A DNA stretch of 8,932 nt, taken from Octopus sinensis. Lineage: Eukaryota. The stretch spans positions 1 to 8,932 of the forward strand of contig NW_021828270.1 of NCBI RefSeq assembly GCF_006345805.1. The letters are read 5' to 3'. Positions 8,458-8,932 of this stretch are shown here, one piece after another. Position 1 is the first letter of the stretch. Every line of letters starts with the position of its first letter. The translations under genes and the position numbers were made by a program. Under the pieces are notes generated by a model that was not told the origin of the DNA, did not search any database, and saw only the letters and a list, made by a program, of their open reading frames with translations.

Positions 8458-8525
8458 GGTTGTTGTTGTTGAACCCCAGGTGAGCCCTAACTAAACATAC
8501 CAATGATTACAAGCATTTCAACAGT
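8458..8525 (+). repeat. XY repeat, block X fragment
   Basis: GTTGTTGTTGTTGAACCCCAGGTGAGCCCTAA...CAATGATTACAAGCATTTCAAC. Confidence 0.55.
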
Positions 8526-8536
8526 AATATTCGGTG

Positions 8537-8540
<4 letters not shown>

Positions 8541-8608
<68 letters not shown>

Positions 8609-8613
8609 TATTA
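8541..8613. repeat. (ATT)n microsatellite
   Basis: Seen directly. Confidence 0.95.
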
Positions 8614-8803
8614 CATGCCACTAGGCAAAATGCTTAGTGACATTTCATCTGTCTTTGTGTTCTGAGTTCAAATTCCGCTGAGGTCAACTTTGCCTTTTAT
8701 CCTTTTGAGTTAGATAAAATAAATACCATTTGAGCACTGGGGATCAATACAGTCGACTTAATCCTTACCCCAAAATAGCTGGCCTTGTGCCAAATTTGAA
8801 ACT
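8614..8803 (+). mobile_element. Family B SINE, 5'-truncated and CpG-decayed, embedded in (ATT)n
   Basis: AAAATGCTTAGTGACATTTCATCTGTC...GAGTTCAAATTCC...CTTTGCCTTTTATCCTTT...GGCCTTGTGCCAAATTTGAAAC; colinear with the other family B copies. Confidence 0.85.
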
Positions 8804-8804
8804 A

Positions 8805-8865
<61 letters not shown>

Positions 8866-8880
8866 TATTATTACTACTAC
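8804..8880. repeat. (ATT)n/(ACT)n tract (SINE tail and/or target microsatellite)
   Basis: Seen directly. Confidence 0.9.
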
Positions 8881-8887
8881 TCTTCAA

Positions 8888-8932
8888 AGTGGTAAGATAA
8901 CATTATCAAATAGTGTAAGATAACATTATCAA
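8888..8932. repeat. Tandem repeat with ~23-bp period, cut by the window end
   Basis: GTAAGATAACATTATCAA exactly at 8892-8909 and 8915-8932. Confidence 0.8.

Noticed and set aside
8472-8486. Consensus donor CAG/GTGAGC
   Set aside because: It lies within block X of the XY repeat and has no upstream acceptor or open exon.

Overview
Eukaryotic non-coding DNA with no recognisable protein-coding gene, RNA gene or CRISPR array. The long ORFs in the track are translations of microsatellites. From memory, the interspersed repeats look like octopus (coleoid cephalopod) elements; this was not checked against a database. Contents: (i) two copies of a tRNA-derived SINE (family A, minus strand); (ii) five copies or fragments of a second tRNA-derived SINE (family B), one nested antisense inside another with a 13-bp TSD and a templated 5' junction, and one with a 12-bp TSD; (iii) a hAT-Charlie-like MITE split by a family A SINE; (iv) seven copies or fragments of an unclassified ~200-bp two-block repeat ('XY'), three of them in tandem and separated by GGT tracts; (v) dense microsatellites. 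The first ~2.9 kb is CpG-rich with a GC-skew flip at ~650, and the rest is CpG-depleted, which suggests an unmethylated regulatory region next to a methylated intron or gene body. One candidate 15-nt microexon lies at 3935-3949. I see no convincing new biological system; the most interesting items are retrotransposition mechanics and the repeat/CpG architecture. All alignments and counts were done by eye.
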